DNA from: Octopus vulgaris
Taxonomy: Eukaryota
Assembly (NCBI GenBank): GCA_951406725.2
Contig: OX597821.1
Location: 26,784,001 to 26,848,000, forward strand
DNA: 64,000 nucleotides
Direction: 5' to 3'
The notes beneath the pieces are model-generated. The model did no database searches and had not been told where the DNA came from. It worked only from the letters and a program-made list of their open reading frames with translations. This document shows positions 12,560 through 26,225 of the stretch, piece after piece; within the stretch, counting starts at the first letter, position 1; every line of letters begins with the position of its first letter. The position numbers and the translations under genes are program-made.

Positions 12560-13395
12560 ACATATATACATACATATACATATACATATATATATATACT
12601 TATGCATAAACATATATATGTATTCAGAAGTACATATATATACACAGACACACACACACACACTCACACACACACACACACACACTCACACACACACACA
12701 TACTCACACACACACACATGTTTGTGTCTGTGTGTCTCAGTGTGTATGTGTGCATGTACTCATCTGTTCGTGTTCGCGCGTGAACGTGTGCGTGTCTACG
12801 TGTAAACGTATATGTACGTGGATACACACAAACATATTGTGAGTGATGAAAAACTAACTCAGCCATTGAATGCTGACTATTAAATATTTATTAGTAATGG
12901 GAACGTTTATTACAATTTATGCTTTAAACATAGAAATTGTTTGATATCAGAATAAAAGTAAATATATATAAAGAAATCTTCCAAATTGCCTACCATTTCC
13001 TTTCAAGACATTTTCTGAATACGATTAACAGCAGCCATTTAATGGTGTGCATTTTTGTATATGATTACATATGATTACACTCTATATGTGTATTCAAATA
13101 CATACAATATATATTATAAGCATAATTATATATATATGGGTGTGTGTGTGTGTTTATATATGTGTGCGTGTCTGTGAATGCGAATGTTTATAAATGTATG
13201 CATATTTATGCATTTATACAAATGCGTGTATGGATTATTTATCAGTCACACTTATGTAAGCTATATATACACCTCCCTGTGAGTTAGTATCTTTCTATCT
13301 CTCAACCTATCTATATATATGTCAGTATACGCACACAACGTAGGCAAATTGACAATTTGAGAAACAAGCATTCACACGTCTGTGTGTGTGTATAA

Positions 13396-13431
<36 letters not shown>

Positions 13432-13512
13432 CAGTGTGTGTACATACATATATCATACACACATATATATATTCATATATAATATATATATAATATATAC
13501 ATATACATACAT

Positions 13513-13552
<40 letters not shown>

Positions 13553-14916
13553 GTATTTACAAACACGCACAAATAGACTCAGTTATATAGCTACACACCT
13601 CTACAGGAGTATATAAATGGATTCAAGCCGCGTATCTGTTCTTGCATTATAATACTTGTTATAAATACATAGGATCACCTCTTCTCTGACGCCTACATCC
13701 ATTCAATATATACGAACCTCGGAATTGGTTCTCTCAAGTAAATAGCTGAACATCAACGTTTTAATTCTTTGCGAAATCTACGATCAAAAGGCATTTTAAG
13801 TAAGCTTATTTCGTTTTTATTTCCGACTGTGTGTATCTACGGTGAATGTATGGTTTTGCAGTTCACATGATATTAAAGTTATAGTTTCGAATCCCCAACC
13901 GTGTGGTTCGTTGTGTTAGTGAGGAAAACACTTCATTTAAGTTCTCTTCAGTCCAATTAATTATAAATGAATTCTAGCAATAGTTGAGAAGTTAAATTTG
14001 TGATGGACAGGTGTTCTATTTAGTGGGGTGTCTTGTAATCCTAGTCAATTAAGTTCCGGCTTTGTGTATTCTAGAACTCATGAAAAGTGTAATTATGCGT
14101 ATCCGATGTGGTCATCCTTTTTTAATGTTGTAAAAGGAGATTTGTTTTTTATTTCTAGCAGATAAAAGATCCTTTAGAGGGATCATTTTGTGTAAAAATT
14201 CGTGTCTTTTCCAATGGTCATAAAAGCTATTGGAAATTGTTGGAGCATCAATATATAAGCTTTACATAAAAATGCTGTTATTGAAAGACTACAACAATAA
14301 TACTTGAGTCACTGTTTTTATCATTTGATCCATTCACTTTGAGAAAGACGAGAGTGACAGTGATATTGATAGCTTCCCCGATGACGACTATTGTGATAGC
14401 GATGGGGAAAATAATAAGGACAATCATGAAGATCATGATGGTGATGATGATGATGATGATGACAACTACAAAATTAATACCAGCAGTACTATACTGCCAA
14501 CTCAACAAAATGTAGTTTTTAATCATATGAACTCTACTCGATTCCTAACGTCAGTCAAGGTGGATGGAGAGAAGGACATCGGACAAAAAGTTTTAAAAAT
14601 CATTCCAATACTTTGTTACGCCCATCTTCGTTATGAGTTCTAATTACGCCTGGAATCGATTTTGTCTTTCATTCTTCTGAGATCGATAAAATAATTACCA
14701 ATCACACATTGAAGTTGACTCAGTGGGTAGATTGCAACACACATTTAAACAATCTATAATCTTAACTAAACATGGCAGTGATTGAGTGGCTGAATCGAAA
14801 TCGCATCGGAGAAACACTGCTTTGCTGTATTCATTTGCTTTGCTCTGTTATGAATTTCGATCACATCAATATCAACTCTACGTTTCAACCTTCATTTGGC
14901 AATTAAATAAGGTATC

Positions 14917-15330
14917 TGTTTCTTTATTACCCACAAAGGGCTAAACACAGATAGGACAAACAAGCACAGACAAAGGGATTAATTCAATTACATCGACCCC
15001 AGTACGTAACTGGTACTTAATTTATCGACCGCGAAAGGATGAAAGGCAAAGTCGACCTCGGCGGAATCTGAACTCAGAACGTAAGACAGACGAAATACTT
15101 ATTTCTTTACTACCCACAAGGGGCTAAACACAGAGGGGACAAACAAGGACAAACAAACGGATTAAGTCGATTACATCGACAACAGTGCGTAACTGGTACT
15201 TAATTTGTCGACCCCGAAAGGATGAAAAGCATAGTCGATCTCGGCGGAATTTGAGCTCAGAACGTAACGGACGACGAAATACGGCTACGCATTTCGCCCG
15301 GCGTGCTAACGTTTCAGCCAGCTCACCGCC
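14917..15330 (-). mobile_element. SINE family S1, head plus two tandem bodies
   Basis: Units start at 14917 and 15100; the head ggcggtgagctgg occurs only once, at 15330. Confidence 0.9.
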
Positions 15331-15412
15331 TTCTAGAAAATTAATACCAGCAGTACTATACTGCCAACTCAACAAAATATAGTTTTTAATTGTATGAAGT
15401 TTACTCGATTCC

Positions 15413-15845
15413 TAGACGTGTATATGGAATCTTTTGTGCGCACGTGTGTATGTGTGCGTGTGTGTGGGTATATGCGTATATAGATGCGCTCGTGTGTGTG
15501 TGTGCGTGCATGCGAGTATGTGTGTACGTGTATAGACGTGTTTTACTCATTGCTTATTTTTACCCATTTCTTACACATTTTCATGTGTTTCATCTTTAGC
15601 CCTGTTTTTTCTTGTGCATGTGCCTATATAGACGTGTGTATGAACCTTCTTTTTGTGCGTGCGTGTGTGTGTGTGTGCGTGCATACGGGTATGTGCGTAT
15701 ATAGACGTGTTTTACTCGTATTGCTTATTTTTTTATACTTCTTTACACTTTTTGCTGTATTGTTGGCTTTAGCCCTGTTTTTTCTTGTGCATGTGCGAAT
15801 ATAGACGTGTGTATGAACTTCTTTTGCGTGCGCACGTGTGTGCGA
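15413..15845. repeat. Degenerate ~170-215-bp tandem repeat with (GT)-rich spacers
   Basis: tagacgtgttttactc..ttgcttatttt..ctttagccctgttttttcttgtgcatgtgc occurs twice; tagacgtgt recurs five times. Confidence 0.75.
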
Positions 15846-16146
15846 TCGTGTATGCGGGTATGTATATATAATTTTTGGCAAATGTGTGGGTGAGCATGTA
15901 TGTGTTGCAAGTGAGGGTGGATGTGTGTATACTTATAGGCGCATGTACGTGGGTGTGCCGGCACACATGTGTAGGTATAGACATGCGCTCTTACGCGAAG
16001 ACTATGATAATTTTTACTACCTTACCTTTACTCCCATCACTCACTTAGCGGTCATTCTAATAGTTCTTTTTTCTTAATAACGGTCAATCACACAGTAATT
16101 TCACTTTGTTTAACGGTCATTTTCATAGCATTTTTTCCGATGGCCG

Positions 16147-16207
16147 GATAACTGAAGAGATTGCGGCGTGGGTTTCCGCCCCGACATCTGAAACTCGGAG
16201 TTGTATC
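16147..16207 (+). ncRNA. Type I hammerhead motif, slightly decayed
   Basis: gataa-CTGAAGA-gat..gcgg..ccgc..atct-GAAA-ctc(g)gag-TT-gtatc; one mismatch at the base of stem I. Confidence 0.6.
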
Positions 16208-16304
16208 ATGGCTACTGAATAATTGTCACATATTATATATACAGATAAATTCCTCTATTTACATAATATCGAGGTCTCTTTCATTCTTTCGTTGTATTAT
16301 CATT

Positions 16305-16397
<93 letters not shown>

Positions 16398-17375
16398 TGA
16401 GGGAATATTATTTCAAACGTACAGCGAAAAATTCAATGTAGAAATACTAAATCAAATTTCACAAAATTTAATATATATATATAAATTAGAAAAAACACCT
16501 TTTATCAATTCAATAATGAAAAATTAAATTATACCATTTAGACAAATTACATATTATAGAAAGATTAAATATAAGATAAAATATATAACAATGATTAAGT
16601 AATATGCAAAACAGTAAATAAAACGTGTTTCGTGGCTATATTTAAGAAATGATAATAGTAATAATAATAATAAAATCACTTCAATATAATTATAGCAACT
16701 CTTCAGGTTAAAGATAAAAATAATAAAATAATTTATTAGATAAATTAATAAAAATACGTAAATAATCTTGTAAAATACGAAATATCTTAACAAATATATA
16801 CTTGTTTAATTAAAAAATAGAATAAAAAATAAGATACAATTAATTAAAAAATATGTATGTATATATGTATGTATCCCCACGATGAATTTCTTCCAGTCTC
16901 CATCATCCAAATCCACTCACAATATCGAAACATTTCTCATGACCCTAACAGACGAGTGTCATTAATTCCAAAGATCAGTTTTGATTCGTGATAGGGATCA
17001 TTTTAGTCCAAGTGGATCACTGATGTCGCTAATGCAGTAAAGAAGATAGCACCTCTTGAAATTTTTATTACGCTTAGTGAGAAATATATTGAATAGAATA
17101 ACCGTAGGTAGTTATATTGATATCATATAACCTTGTTAACTGTTGTGTCTATTTTTATCCCATCAGACCAAACATTGATCTGTTCCTAATGAACTTAACT
17201 CACACGGCGGACTACTCAGGCTTCAAAACTGATTCATTAGGTAATACAGCGATTCGTTCAATCATCATTTCACTTTACCATAATCTACGTCAAGAAGTAC
17301 TATACACAAAATTATAGTCTAATTATTTTTTCTTATTTCTATTACTAATTTGGGATGAAGAACATATATTGTACA

Positions 17376-17530
17376 CAGTTCTATATTTAAGAGATGAGGA
17401 ATTATGTACATTATTTACATTATTTACATTTGACGGATATTTGTCCTCATATTGCTTGTTGTTAACCCAACGTTTCGACTGATATACCCTCCAGCCTTCA
17501 TCAAGTGTCTTGGGGAAATTTCGAACCTGG
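17376..17530 (-). mobile_element. Inverted copy of the hammerhead-bearing tail at 18298-18424
   Basis: Reverse-complement match over ~125 bp; HHR at 17464-17509 with the core mutated to TTGATGA. Confidence 0.85.
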
Positions 17531-17594
17531 CGTAGTGGTTAAGAGCGCGGGCTACTAAACCCAAGATTCCTAGTTCGATTCCAGGCAGTGACCC

Positions 17595-17596
<2 letters not shown>
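17528..17596 (+). promoter_or_regulatory. tRNA-derived Pol III promoter head (A and B boxes)
   Basis: A box tggcgtagtgg 17528-17538; B box gttcgattcc 17573-17582. Confidence 0.8.
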
Positions 17597-17669
<73 letters not shown>

Positions 17670-17671
<2 letters not shown>

Positions 17672-18112
17672 GCTCTGATGCAGTACCAGGCAGTGGCTCT
17701 CGTGGCTTCCGATCTTAACTGATTGGAAGTGTTATCATGTACATTGTTTTGTCTTGGTATAAAAGATGGGCTACAGCAAATATTCTGCTCAATACCACAG
17801 ATTTGCTTGTCACTCGTTTGACCATAACCAGTTGAGCATATCCCTTAGTGCTTGACGATATGTGCATCTCTGATCACGAGCAGAAGTAGTGGGGGTGAAT
17901 CATAGCAATGTGCTGAGAGGGATTCTTTGGGGTGTGAATAATTTACCTCTGAAAACATAGGTGCTTCGTTCAACATCCTTAAACAACCTTTATTCAGGGA
18001 CCTTTTGAGCGAGATGGGTTACTGGACCAGAAGAAATTTTAACATGATGGGCATGCTGGGCTTCGTATATTTTACCCCAGTGTCACTTTGATGGCATGCA
18101 CTACTCCCTCAC

Positions 18113-18113
<1 letters not shown>
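17670..18113. mobile_element. ~440-bp insert within an (AAT)n tract (possibly R4/Dong-related)
   Basis: Complex sequence flanked by (AAT)n on both sides. The family is inferred only from the target, since Dong-type LINEs target (TAA)n. Confidence 0.45.
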
Positions 18114-18182
<69 letters not shown>

Positions 18183-18216
18183 CAACAACAATAACAATAA
18201 TGATAATAATAATAAC

Positions 18217-18271
<55 letters not shown>

Positions 18272-18318
18272 TTGGAAAATACCTTAGGAATGAGAACCCA
18301 GGTTCGAAATTTCTCCAA

Positions 18319-18364
18319 GACACCTGATGAAGACTGGAGGGTATATCAGTCGAAACGTTGTGTT
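18319..18364 (+). ncRNA. Minimal type I hammerhead ribozyme with intact core
   Basis: gacac-CTGATGA-a-gactg(gagggtatat)cagtc-GAAA-cg-TT-gtgtt; predicted cleavage after GUU at 18359. Confidence 0.85.
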
Positions 18365-18784
18365 AACAACAAAAAAAATGAGGACAAATATCCGTCAAAT
18401 ATGAATAATGTAAATAATGTATATGTTGTACAGTGTGAATAATAGATTGAGAAAGGAAAAAAGCCAAGGTTGCATAGCATTTTGCGCACTTCTTTGCACA
18501 TTAGTCTCCTCTGTGCAATTGGGCTGATGGGAACTCAGTAGATTGATATCGGTTGATTGGAACTGTAATTAAAAAATTCAGCCTTGTTATATACACCGAC
18601 TGGCTGACTTTTGCAGAAGATTTTCGTCAACATTTATATGTCGTAGGTATACCTTTATTTAATTTACATGAATTTGACAACAGTATTGATTGAACAACAG
18701 AACACCGATCGCTAAGATATGTGAAGATCATTTATAACAACTTTGAAGATTTTCGTTATCAGTTATGAGTAAGTATGTAGCGTA

Positions 18785-19762
18785 TGAAGTGCATTCCAGA
18801 AGTTTATAACGCTCTTAGATTATTTTCATTTTAATATATCATTACTATACATCTTGTAAGCTGATCTGCCGCCAACGTTTTGTTATTCTAGTTTGCAGGA
18901 GACGACTGTAACAACTCGTTCAACACACTCTGCTAAACACTATCTGTCTCAGCTGAATAGTTTGCCGAATGCAATCAGGACGTGAAGAGAATATTGAATC
19001 TTGCTATGCAATAAAATATCGTATTAAACTGGGCAAAAATACAACAGAAACTTATAAAATACTCCACCTGCGCATAGGTTGACTTACATGAGCCAAACAC
19101 CTGTTTTGTCCTAGCACAAGTAGCGAGGCAAAGTAGGTCCACCGGGTAGCCCATGATGATCCCTATTTTCGACGGCAAGTGCATCATGTACATCCGCTGG
19201 GTACTTTCTAGCCAGACGGTCAGCAAAGAGTTCTTTGTGGAGGTATTTTGCTGAGAGAAACGGCCAGGCGAAGTAAGTCTAACGGGAAGCTCATGATGAT
19301 CCCCATTTTCGATTGCAAGTGCATCACGAATATATTAACATGGTCTTTTCTGGTCAGACGTTCAACAAAGAGTACTTTCTGAAGGTCTTGAGGGAGTTCT
19401 GCAAGAGATTTCGTCTCAAAAGCTCAGAGCACCTTCACCAGGACAATATCCAAGTTCACAATTTCATCCTGGTTACCAACTTCTGGACAGAGATGGGCAT
19501 CAAAACAATGCCTCACCTTCTTTACTGTCCGGACCTTGCTACCTGTGACTTACAGTTGTTCCCCAAGCCGTTAAAAAATGACGGAGAGGGTTGTGACAAG
19601 GGTCCTGACACCTTCCTTTCGGAGGACTTCCATCAAGCTCTCAAGATGTAGCTGTTTTGCAGTCAGTGGATCCTACCTTGAAGGAGATTAGAGTTTTGTA
19701 TTTCTTTGAAATTTATAAATGTCTCTCCTGAAGAAATTTCGAAACTTCCGGAATACACCTTA
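18785..19762 (+). mobile_element. Internally deleted mariner transposon with both TIRs
   Basis: TA|tgaagtgcattccagaagttt ... aaacttccggaatacacctta|TA. Transposase relic GQTFNKEYF..LHQDN..PHLLYCPDLATCD (cf. HPPYSPDLAPCD). Internal duplication ~19150-19250 / ~19292-19390. Confidence 0.9.
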
Positions 19763-19932
19763 TATAGTGCACAAAGATTGTTTAATTTTTGTTGTACATC
19801 GAGACAGGAGTTATTGAACGCTCGTTATTTATAGTAACTAAATTTCTATATATAAATGTGTATGTTCGTATATTGTGATTATATAACTATATGGATTAAA
19901 GATACTGACAGTCATCATTTTATCGCTTAGTC

Positions 19933-20000
<68 letters not shown>

Positions 20001-22119
20001 AACGCTCATGATTCTGTTCGGGGCCTTCGAAAATAGGAAGCGGAGGAGATTGGGTTATTAGAGTCCGGGGACCTGGCTTGAAAAACTTATAACAGAGTCA
20101 GATATGTTACCTGCTCATGAGTGCCCATGTGGTGTTGTTAAACCAGCTGCCGAATTAAATCAACAAGTTGAATACAGAAATGATTCCTCCAACATGCTAT
20201 CATACGATTTCAATAAATTCCACTCAAAGCTTTGGTCCACGCAAGATTTCATTCGAAAACGCTTTCTCATGGTGGTGCCTCGTATGATGGAAGCCGAAGC
20301 ATTACTGTGTCTTCATGCGTTGCACGATTTTAATATTAAGTTTAAAATTCTTCACTCAGAAAGTAAATAGTTTTCGAGAGTTATTCTGATCTGCGTTGGC
20401 AGTTAGTATAAACACTTCAAAAGCGGAAAGAATTAGTTTTCAGTGAGGAAGCTGAAAAATCAAAAGACGAAGATTACTGCCTGAAACATTAGACTTTTCA
20501 ATTTCTACGTGGTAAACCAATTTATACTACATTTGATCAATTTGTATTCACTAATTGCCGGTACAATTAGCAGCAAAAGTCTTCTGTTTTAGATGTAAGT
20601 TAATATATGCAGTGCTTAATTGTGACTACATACATTGGCAAGTGTTTAACTTATTGCTTTTTTATGTATCTATGCAACAATTTAAGTAACCAATGGATAA
20701 AGACTTTGTGGCGTAGTTCATAAGATTGATATCCAGTTTAGACCACTACCTTTTGAAGAAAAACTATATTTCCAGGAAAGCTATTCCATATGGAATTGGT
20801 CCCGCGGGCTGAAAATAAAAGGGTAAGAGTTTAATGAAAAATATGTAGTAAAAAAAACAATTGAGGTAACAGGAATATGACCAACAAGTGAAGAGACTAT
20901 AAAGTAAATGAAAGCAGGAAAACACACGTAGACAGTGATAAGTCCTCTCATACTTCATTATACAAAGTAACCATGTGTTTTAGTCATATTTTTTGAAACG
21001 CATAGTCAATCTCTATGGAATTATTTTCTCTTAATATTTTATTCCGAGTAGCAGGATTAATTAAACAACAGCTATTAATCAAACTAAGAGGATAATCGAC
21101 CATATTTGTTCGCTGTAGAATTGTGTGAGGCTTGTGTGAGCAATACCTAAATGGACAGCTATAAACTTGACGATTTAACGAAACCGATTCAATGATCTGC
21201 TGCAAGCTTGTTATACGCAGCTGACCATTAAAAAATTTGACAAATTACTTTTGCTGTTCATTCAATTTGCGGTAGAATTAAACAAAAGAAGTGAAAAAAA
21301 ATAATACCATGAATATCGCTCCAGAAATCAGTGTTTGGTTTCAATCTTGTGCCAAATGAATTACCGTATGAGATATTCTTTTACAAAATGAAATCTTTTC
21401 AAAACCAAACTTTAACGACTATATGGACATTCAGTATTTATTTCTAAATTCTTCACTTTTTTTAGAATCAATAATTTTTTTATCTCAAAAAAAAAAATAT
21501 ATATATATATAATAAAATAGTAAAAGGACAACGGAACAAAACAACGTCAGAAGCAAGATAAGAAAAAATAAGAGAAAATGAAGGCAGGCAGAAGCGTTAG
21601 CTGCTTCGTTTAAGGGAATCTATTTTTTAAAATGTTAAGAAAAGATGGAAAGGTTGGTTGTACGATTAAGAATACTGTTTTTTGAAAAAGACTATTCTTG
21701 AGTGAAATACAATAAAGGATATTTTAGGGAAAAAATTAAATTGCAACATACCGAATTGCATTAAAAATACATTAAAATGGCATTCTTTCCGAGTAGTTCT
21801 TTTAATTTTATTATCATTCAATGAATTATATATACATACATACATGTGTGCGCATGAGCACGCGTGCAAGCGTATATGCGTGTCAATGTGTGCATGTGGA
21901 TTTCCAGAATGTTTATTGTTTTTCTTTTAGCAATACTATTGCTGTTACTTTCCGAATAATAAATTTAAAAAATAGTAAAATATTTTTAAGAATAAATTTA
22001 CACTGCAGCGAGATATATTCAAAGGAAGGAGAAGTAGACCGGTTACGTTTTAAAAAAAAATCAGCACTTTAACTTGAGTCTATTTACCCCTATGTGTATT
22101 CGTTTCAAGTATTTCGGGT

Positions 22120-22277
22120 GTGGGTGTTAATCGATTACAATGACCCCAGGACTCAACTGCTATTCATTTTATCGACCCCGAAAGAATGAAAGGTGAAGTC
22201 GACCTCGGCCGTATTTGAACTTAGAATGTTAAGACGAGCGAAATGCCGCAAAGCATTCTACCCGGCGTGCTAACGTT
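22120..22277 (-). mobile_element. SINE family S1
   Basis: tttatcgaccccgaaagaatgaaaggtgaagtcgacctcggc..cccggcgtgctaacg. Confidence 0.85.
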
Positions 22278-23126
22278 GATAGTCGGAAGGGGAAAATATC
22301 TGGACTGTATGCATGGTCTTCCAGCAACTGGAAGTCCAGATTTTCAATGGTTTCAGTTGTATGGGCGGTCGTACGTGAGCGTGTATTGCCGTGCAAGAAC
22401 CATCTGCTTCGACAATAGACCTCGGCGTTTGGTGTGAACTACTGGTTTCTGTTTGTTGGCCAGCATTTTAGTATATGCGTGTGTGCCTGTGTGTGTATGT
22501 GTGTGTCCTTGTGTATGTTCGCGCGCGTTTACATATACTTCGAGCAAATATAGCTGTTACTTCCAAGCGTGCATGAGCTGTTAGCATGTACCGTCCTTCC
22601 GCAATTATTTTAGGTGCCTATGTAGCCACGATCAGAGAAAACACACTCTCAGCTCTCCAACTCTTGATCCAGTGTAAAAGCGCCTCACAGATAAAGGCAT
22701 ATACCTTGTAAGTAAAAGGTGAGAAAAAGTTTCGTCGACACAGAGCCGATACTCATTTTCATGAAACGAAATTGAAACCACAACCGATGGACCCCAGGAT
22801 ACGAGCCCAACAACCGAATTATTACCTTACGTACCTTCATATGTGAGTGTGTGTTGTCATACATATCAGCTATGTTTGTGTGCTTGTATGTGTGTATGAT
22901 GTGAGTGTATGTATATATCTATGTATGTGCGTAAGTGTGTGTACATGCGAGTGTTTGCATGTGTGTTTGTGTGTGTGTGTAGCGTTGGTGCACGTTGCAG
23001 GTGGGGTTGTGTAGTTCAGAAGTATGGCGCTCTGCGTGACACCATGAGCAATTGTCTTTAATGTAACCCATGCCGAACAAAATCTAGCTAGTCGATTTAG
23101 TTTGCGGAAATTGAAAGATGCTTGTC

Positions 23127-23185
<59 letters not shown>

Positions 23186-23241
23186 CATATTCATCATTTT
23201 CATGAAAAACAGCCAAAACAGGTAACAAGGATATGAAAATA

Positions 23242-23772
23242 ATATTTGAAGAGATTCGTTATTGGTATAAAAATATACCATAAAGAAGTATTAAAAAATG
23301 GAATGAAGATGTTGAAACAGAAATAGACTTATTATAAAACTGGATTCAATACATACGTACGTTTCGAAAAACAAGGCAGTAGATAAGATACAATAAGAGA
23401 ACACAGATGGGGCATAAGAGAACATAGATGGGGCATAAGAGAACATAGATGGAACAACATAGATCTCTTATTGTATCTCATTTTATTTTATTTTATTTTT
23501 ATCTCATTTTACTTCATCTTATTAGACTTTTTGGTGTCCTTCAAAAGATTTCTCACTAATGAGAATGACAATGCATAAATTAGATTTTAAAATTTTATTT
23601 TTATTTTTTCTTGATTTTAATTTTTTATTTTCAATTATAATTATAATCGCTATGATATAAATTTTTTCTTACATTTTTCCATTGTTTTTCGAAACGTACG
23701 TTTGCATTGAATCCCGTTTTATAATACTTGTTTATGGCATATTTTTATACCTATAACGATCACCTCAAATAT
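23242..23772. repeat. Imperfect foldback with an internal 21-bp x3 minisatellite
   Basis: Arms ggtataaaaatataccataaa / tttatggcatatttttatacc and ttcaatacatacgtacgtttcgaaaaacaa / ttgtttttcgaaacgtacgtttgcattgaa; taagagaacayagatggggca x3. Confidence 0.75.
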
Positions 23773-23782
23773 GTAAGTATGC

Positions 23783-23815
<33 letters not shown>

Positions 23816-24799
23816 AGTCACCGTGGACAATGAGGCTGCAGTTAAGCCAATGGTGCTTCACTCTACAAAATATACTGGATAATGCCCCGACTATAGACAG
23901 TTTTATTTGGTTTTATCGACCTGTCAAGATTCTATTCTGACTGTTTACTGAACGATAAAGCAACTTACAATTATCAAAATTTAAAGGTGAGGCGTTTATT
24001 GATTTCATTTATTTTCTAATGAGCACATTATCTGGCAGCATGCTGATCAATTACAGGAGGCCTTCCAAACTCTTAATAAACTTTTCATTGTTAACATGGG
24101 ATATTTTAATAAATGCATTTATAATTAGATTATGTGAGAAAATATATCTTTGCAGACCTATATGAGTGTGTATATTCTACTTCAGTACTTTTTTTTCTTT
24201 TTATATATCTCGTTGTGCTTATATTGCGTGGCTGGTCGTCTTAGTCTGCACTCTTATCCACAGAAGACAAATCTTGCTTGAAACTTTTATTCTGTTACTT
24301 ATTTCCTCTGTAAAATCATTAAAAAGGACACAAGGTTTAGACATTTTTTCCGTACTTCCTGCAAAACTATCGAACAAAAGAAAGACTGCTTTGAATCGGA
24401 AAAAATAAATAAATAAGCAGAGAACTTATACAGTGTGCATATTTTTAAAAAATCACTGTAAAATATCTACATAAATATAAAATTAAACCAGATTCAAAAA
24501 GAACTAAGAAAATTTCAATTTTTATAAATATTCCTTCAAAAAATGTTCAAATGTTTATATTTTCATCTAAAACTAAGATATATGTTTATTTTTTATTCAA
24601 GTATCTCAACTACTTTTATAAACTCACTAACTCCTATATAATGTTCTTAAATGGCTGAAACACTGAGTAGGAATGATACAATAGATAATGTAAGTAATGA
24701 TTATTCTTATACAAACAAATGGACATACGTACACAAACATATATACACATACATATACATAGATACATGCAACCATGCATATGCATGTATGTATGTTTG

Positions 24800-24861
<62 letters not shown>

Positions 24862-25677
24862 ATACGGATATATGTATATATAAGTGGGAACACTCTAATA
24901 TTAATATGTACGGGCTAACAACCCGCTGCATGAGTCTCTTAACAAACGTCTCATCATATTTTGTCCCCGTTTGTCTTTCGATTTCCATTTTCCTGCACTC
25001 TCATTTTCCACCTTACTGCTATCGGCAGTAATCTTTTTGCAGTGCATTGAATTTTGTTGAACTGTATCAAGGTGGAAGTGAGGAAGTGCTTGTAGAAGAG
25101 AAAAGGCGATAGTTAAAGCGTTTGAGGAGAGCTAATTCAGCATGCTGGTACTGCCCGTAGTATCCTTAATTAATTGATAATTTTACCTGTATGGCTTTTT
25201 ACGCATGCTAAGCCACTGATACCATTATAAACCACAATATCTTTATATATATTTATGTAAGTATATATATAAGTATACGCAATCTCCATGACTTGATACC
25301 TAGTGGCCATGCAGTCCCACAAAAGCTGTTCCAAAGCAATTTATGCAGACAGACAGGACCTGCAATCTTCTGTCCATAGAGAGAGTGTTGAAACATGTCC
25401 TTACAATTTACATTTATCTTTATTTTTCAAATGTTCTCAGTAAAACACAACAACCACAGCTTGCTAAAATTACACTCATTAACGATTTCTCCAAACAGGC
25501 TTCATAGATTTTCGAGCCTTATCGGGTTCTTATCATGTAGAGGTGTCTATATAATTTGACTAATGCCAGAAAAATACGGGGAGCAATGTGATTGTATCCA
25601 TAGCAAATCAAGTTGTTTTGGAGCACAGGGGCTATTAATTTGTACACTGTTAATAATTAACACTTTATTTAATATCA

Positions 25678-26225
25678 GTGACCTGTCGAGCCGGTGTCAA
25701 AGTGATACTAATTGAATTGTCAGTACCATACGAGATAAGCAAATACGGTGAGCTGGCAAAGCAGCTAGGCACTGAGGGTTACCACTGTACTCTGAAACCA
25801 GTTAAAGTTGGATCGCGAGGATTCGTGATTGAATCAACCTGTCGGCTACTCGAGCAGTTGGATATCAAGGGCTGTAGAAGAACTGCCACAATTAAACGTT
25901 TGTCTGATGTTGCTGAAAAGAGCTCAATGTGGAGCGAAGAGAAATGACCAATGGACCTAGTTACGAATTCCATTGGTTATTTACAGGAATATAATGAAGA
26001 AGAGAACTGGTTCCTTCGTCGGTTAAAGTGGCCTGGAGGACTGAAATACAGACCTGAGAACATAAGAACCTAAGTTCAAATCCCACTGGAGACAAGATTT
26101 TGAAAAGCATCAGGAGAATACCTAGTAGTAATGACCGGAGTGAAACCGGCTCCCGTAGAGTGTCAGGCATAAGGACCCAAGCACTTGTCGGATGGGAGTT
26201 CTGACGATATCTCCTGCTGAGCGCA
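25678..26225 (+). mobile_element. 3' end of an RLE-type non-LTR retrotransposon (NeSL/HERO-like)
   Basis: VILIELSVPYE..KYGELA..PVKVGSRGFV..AEKSSMW matches the restriction-like endonuclease C-terminus (ELTVPWE / KY..L / EVG.RGF). Confidence 0.8.

Noticed and set aside
17528-17596. Functional tRNA gene
   Set aside because: No acceptor stem or terminator; runs into (AAT)n, so treated as a retroposon head.
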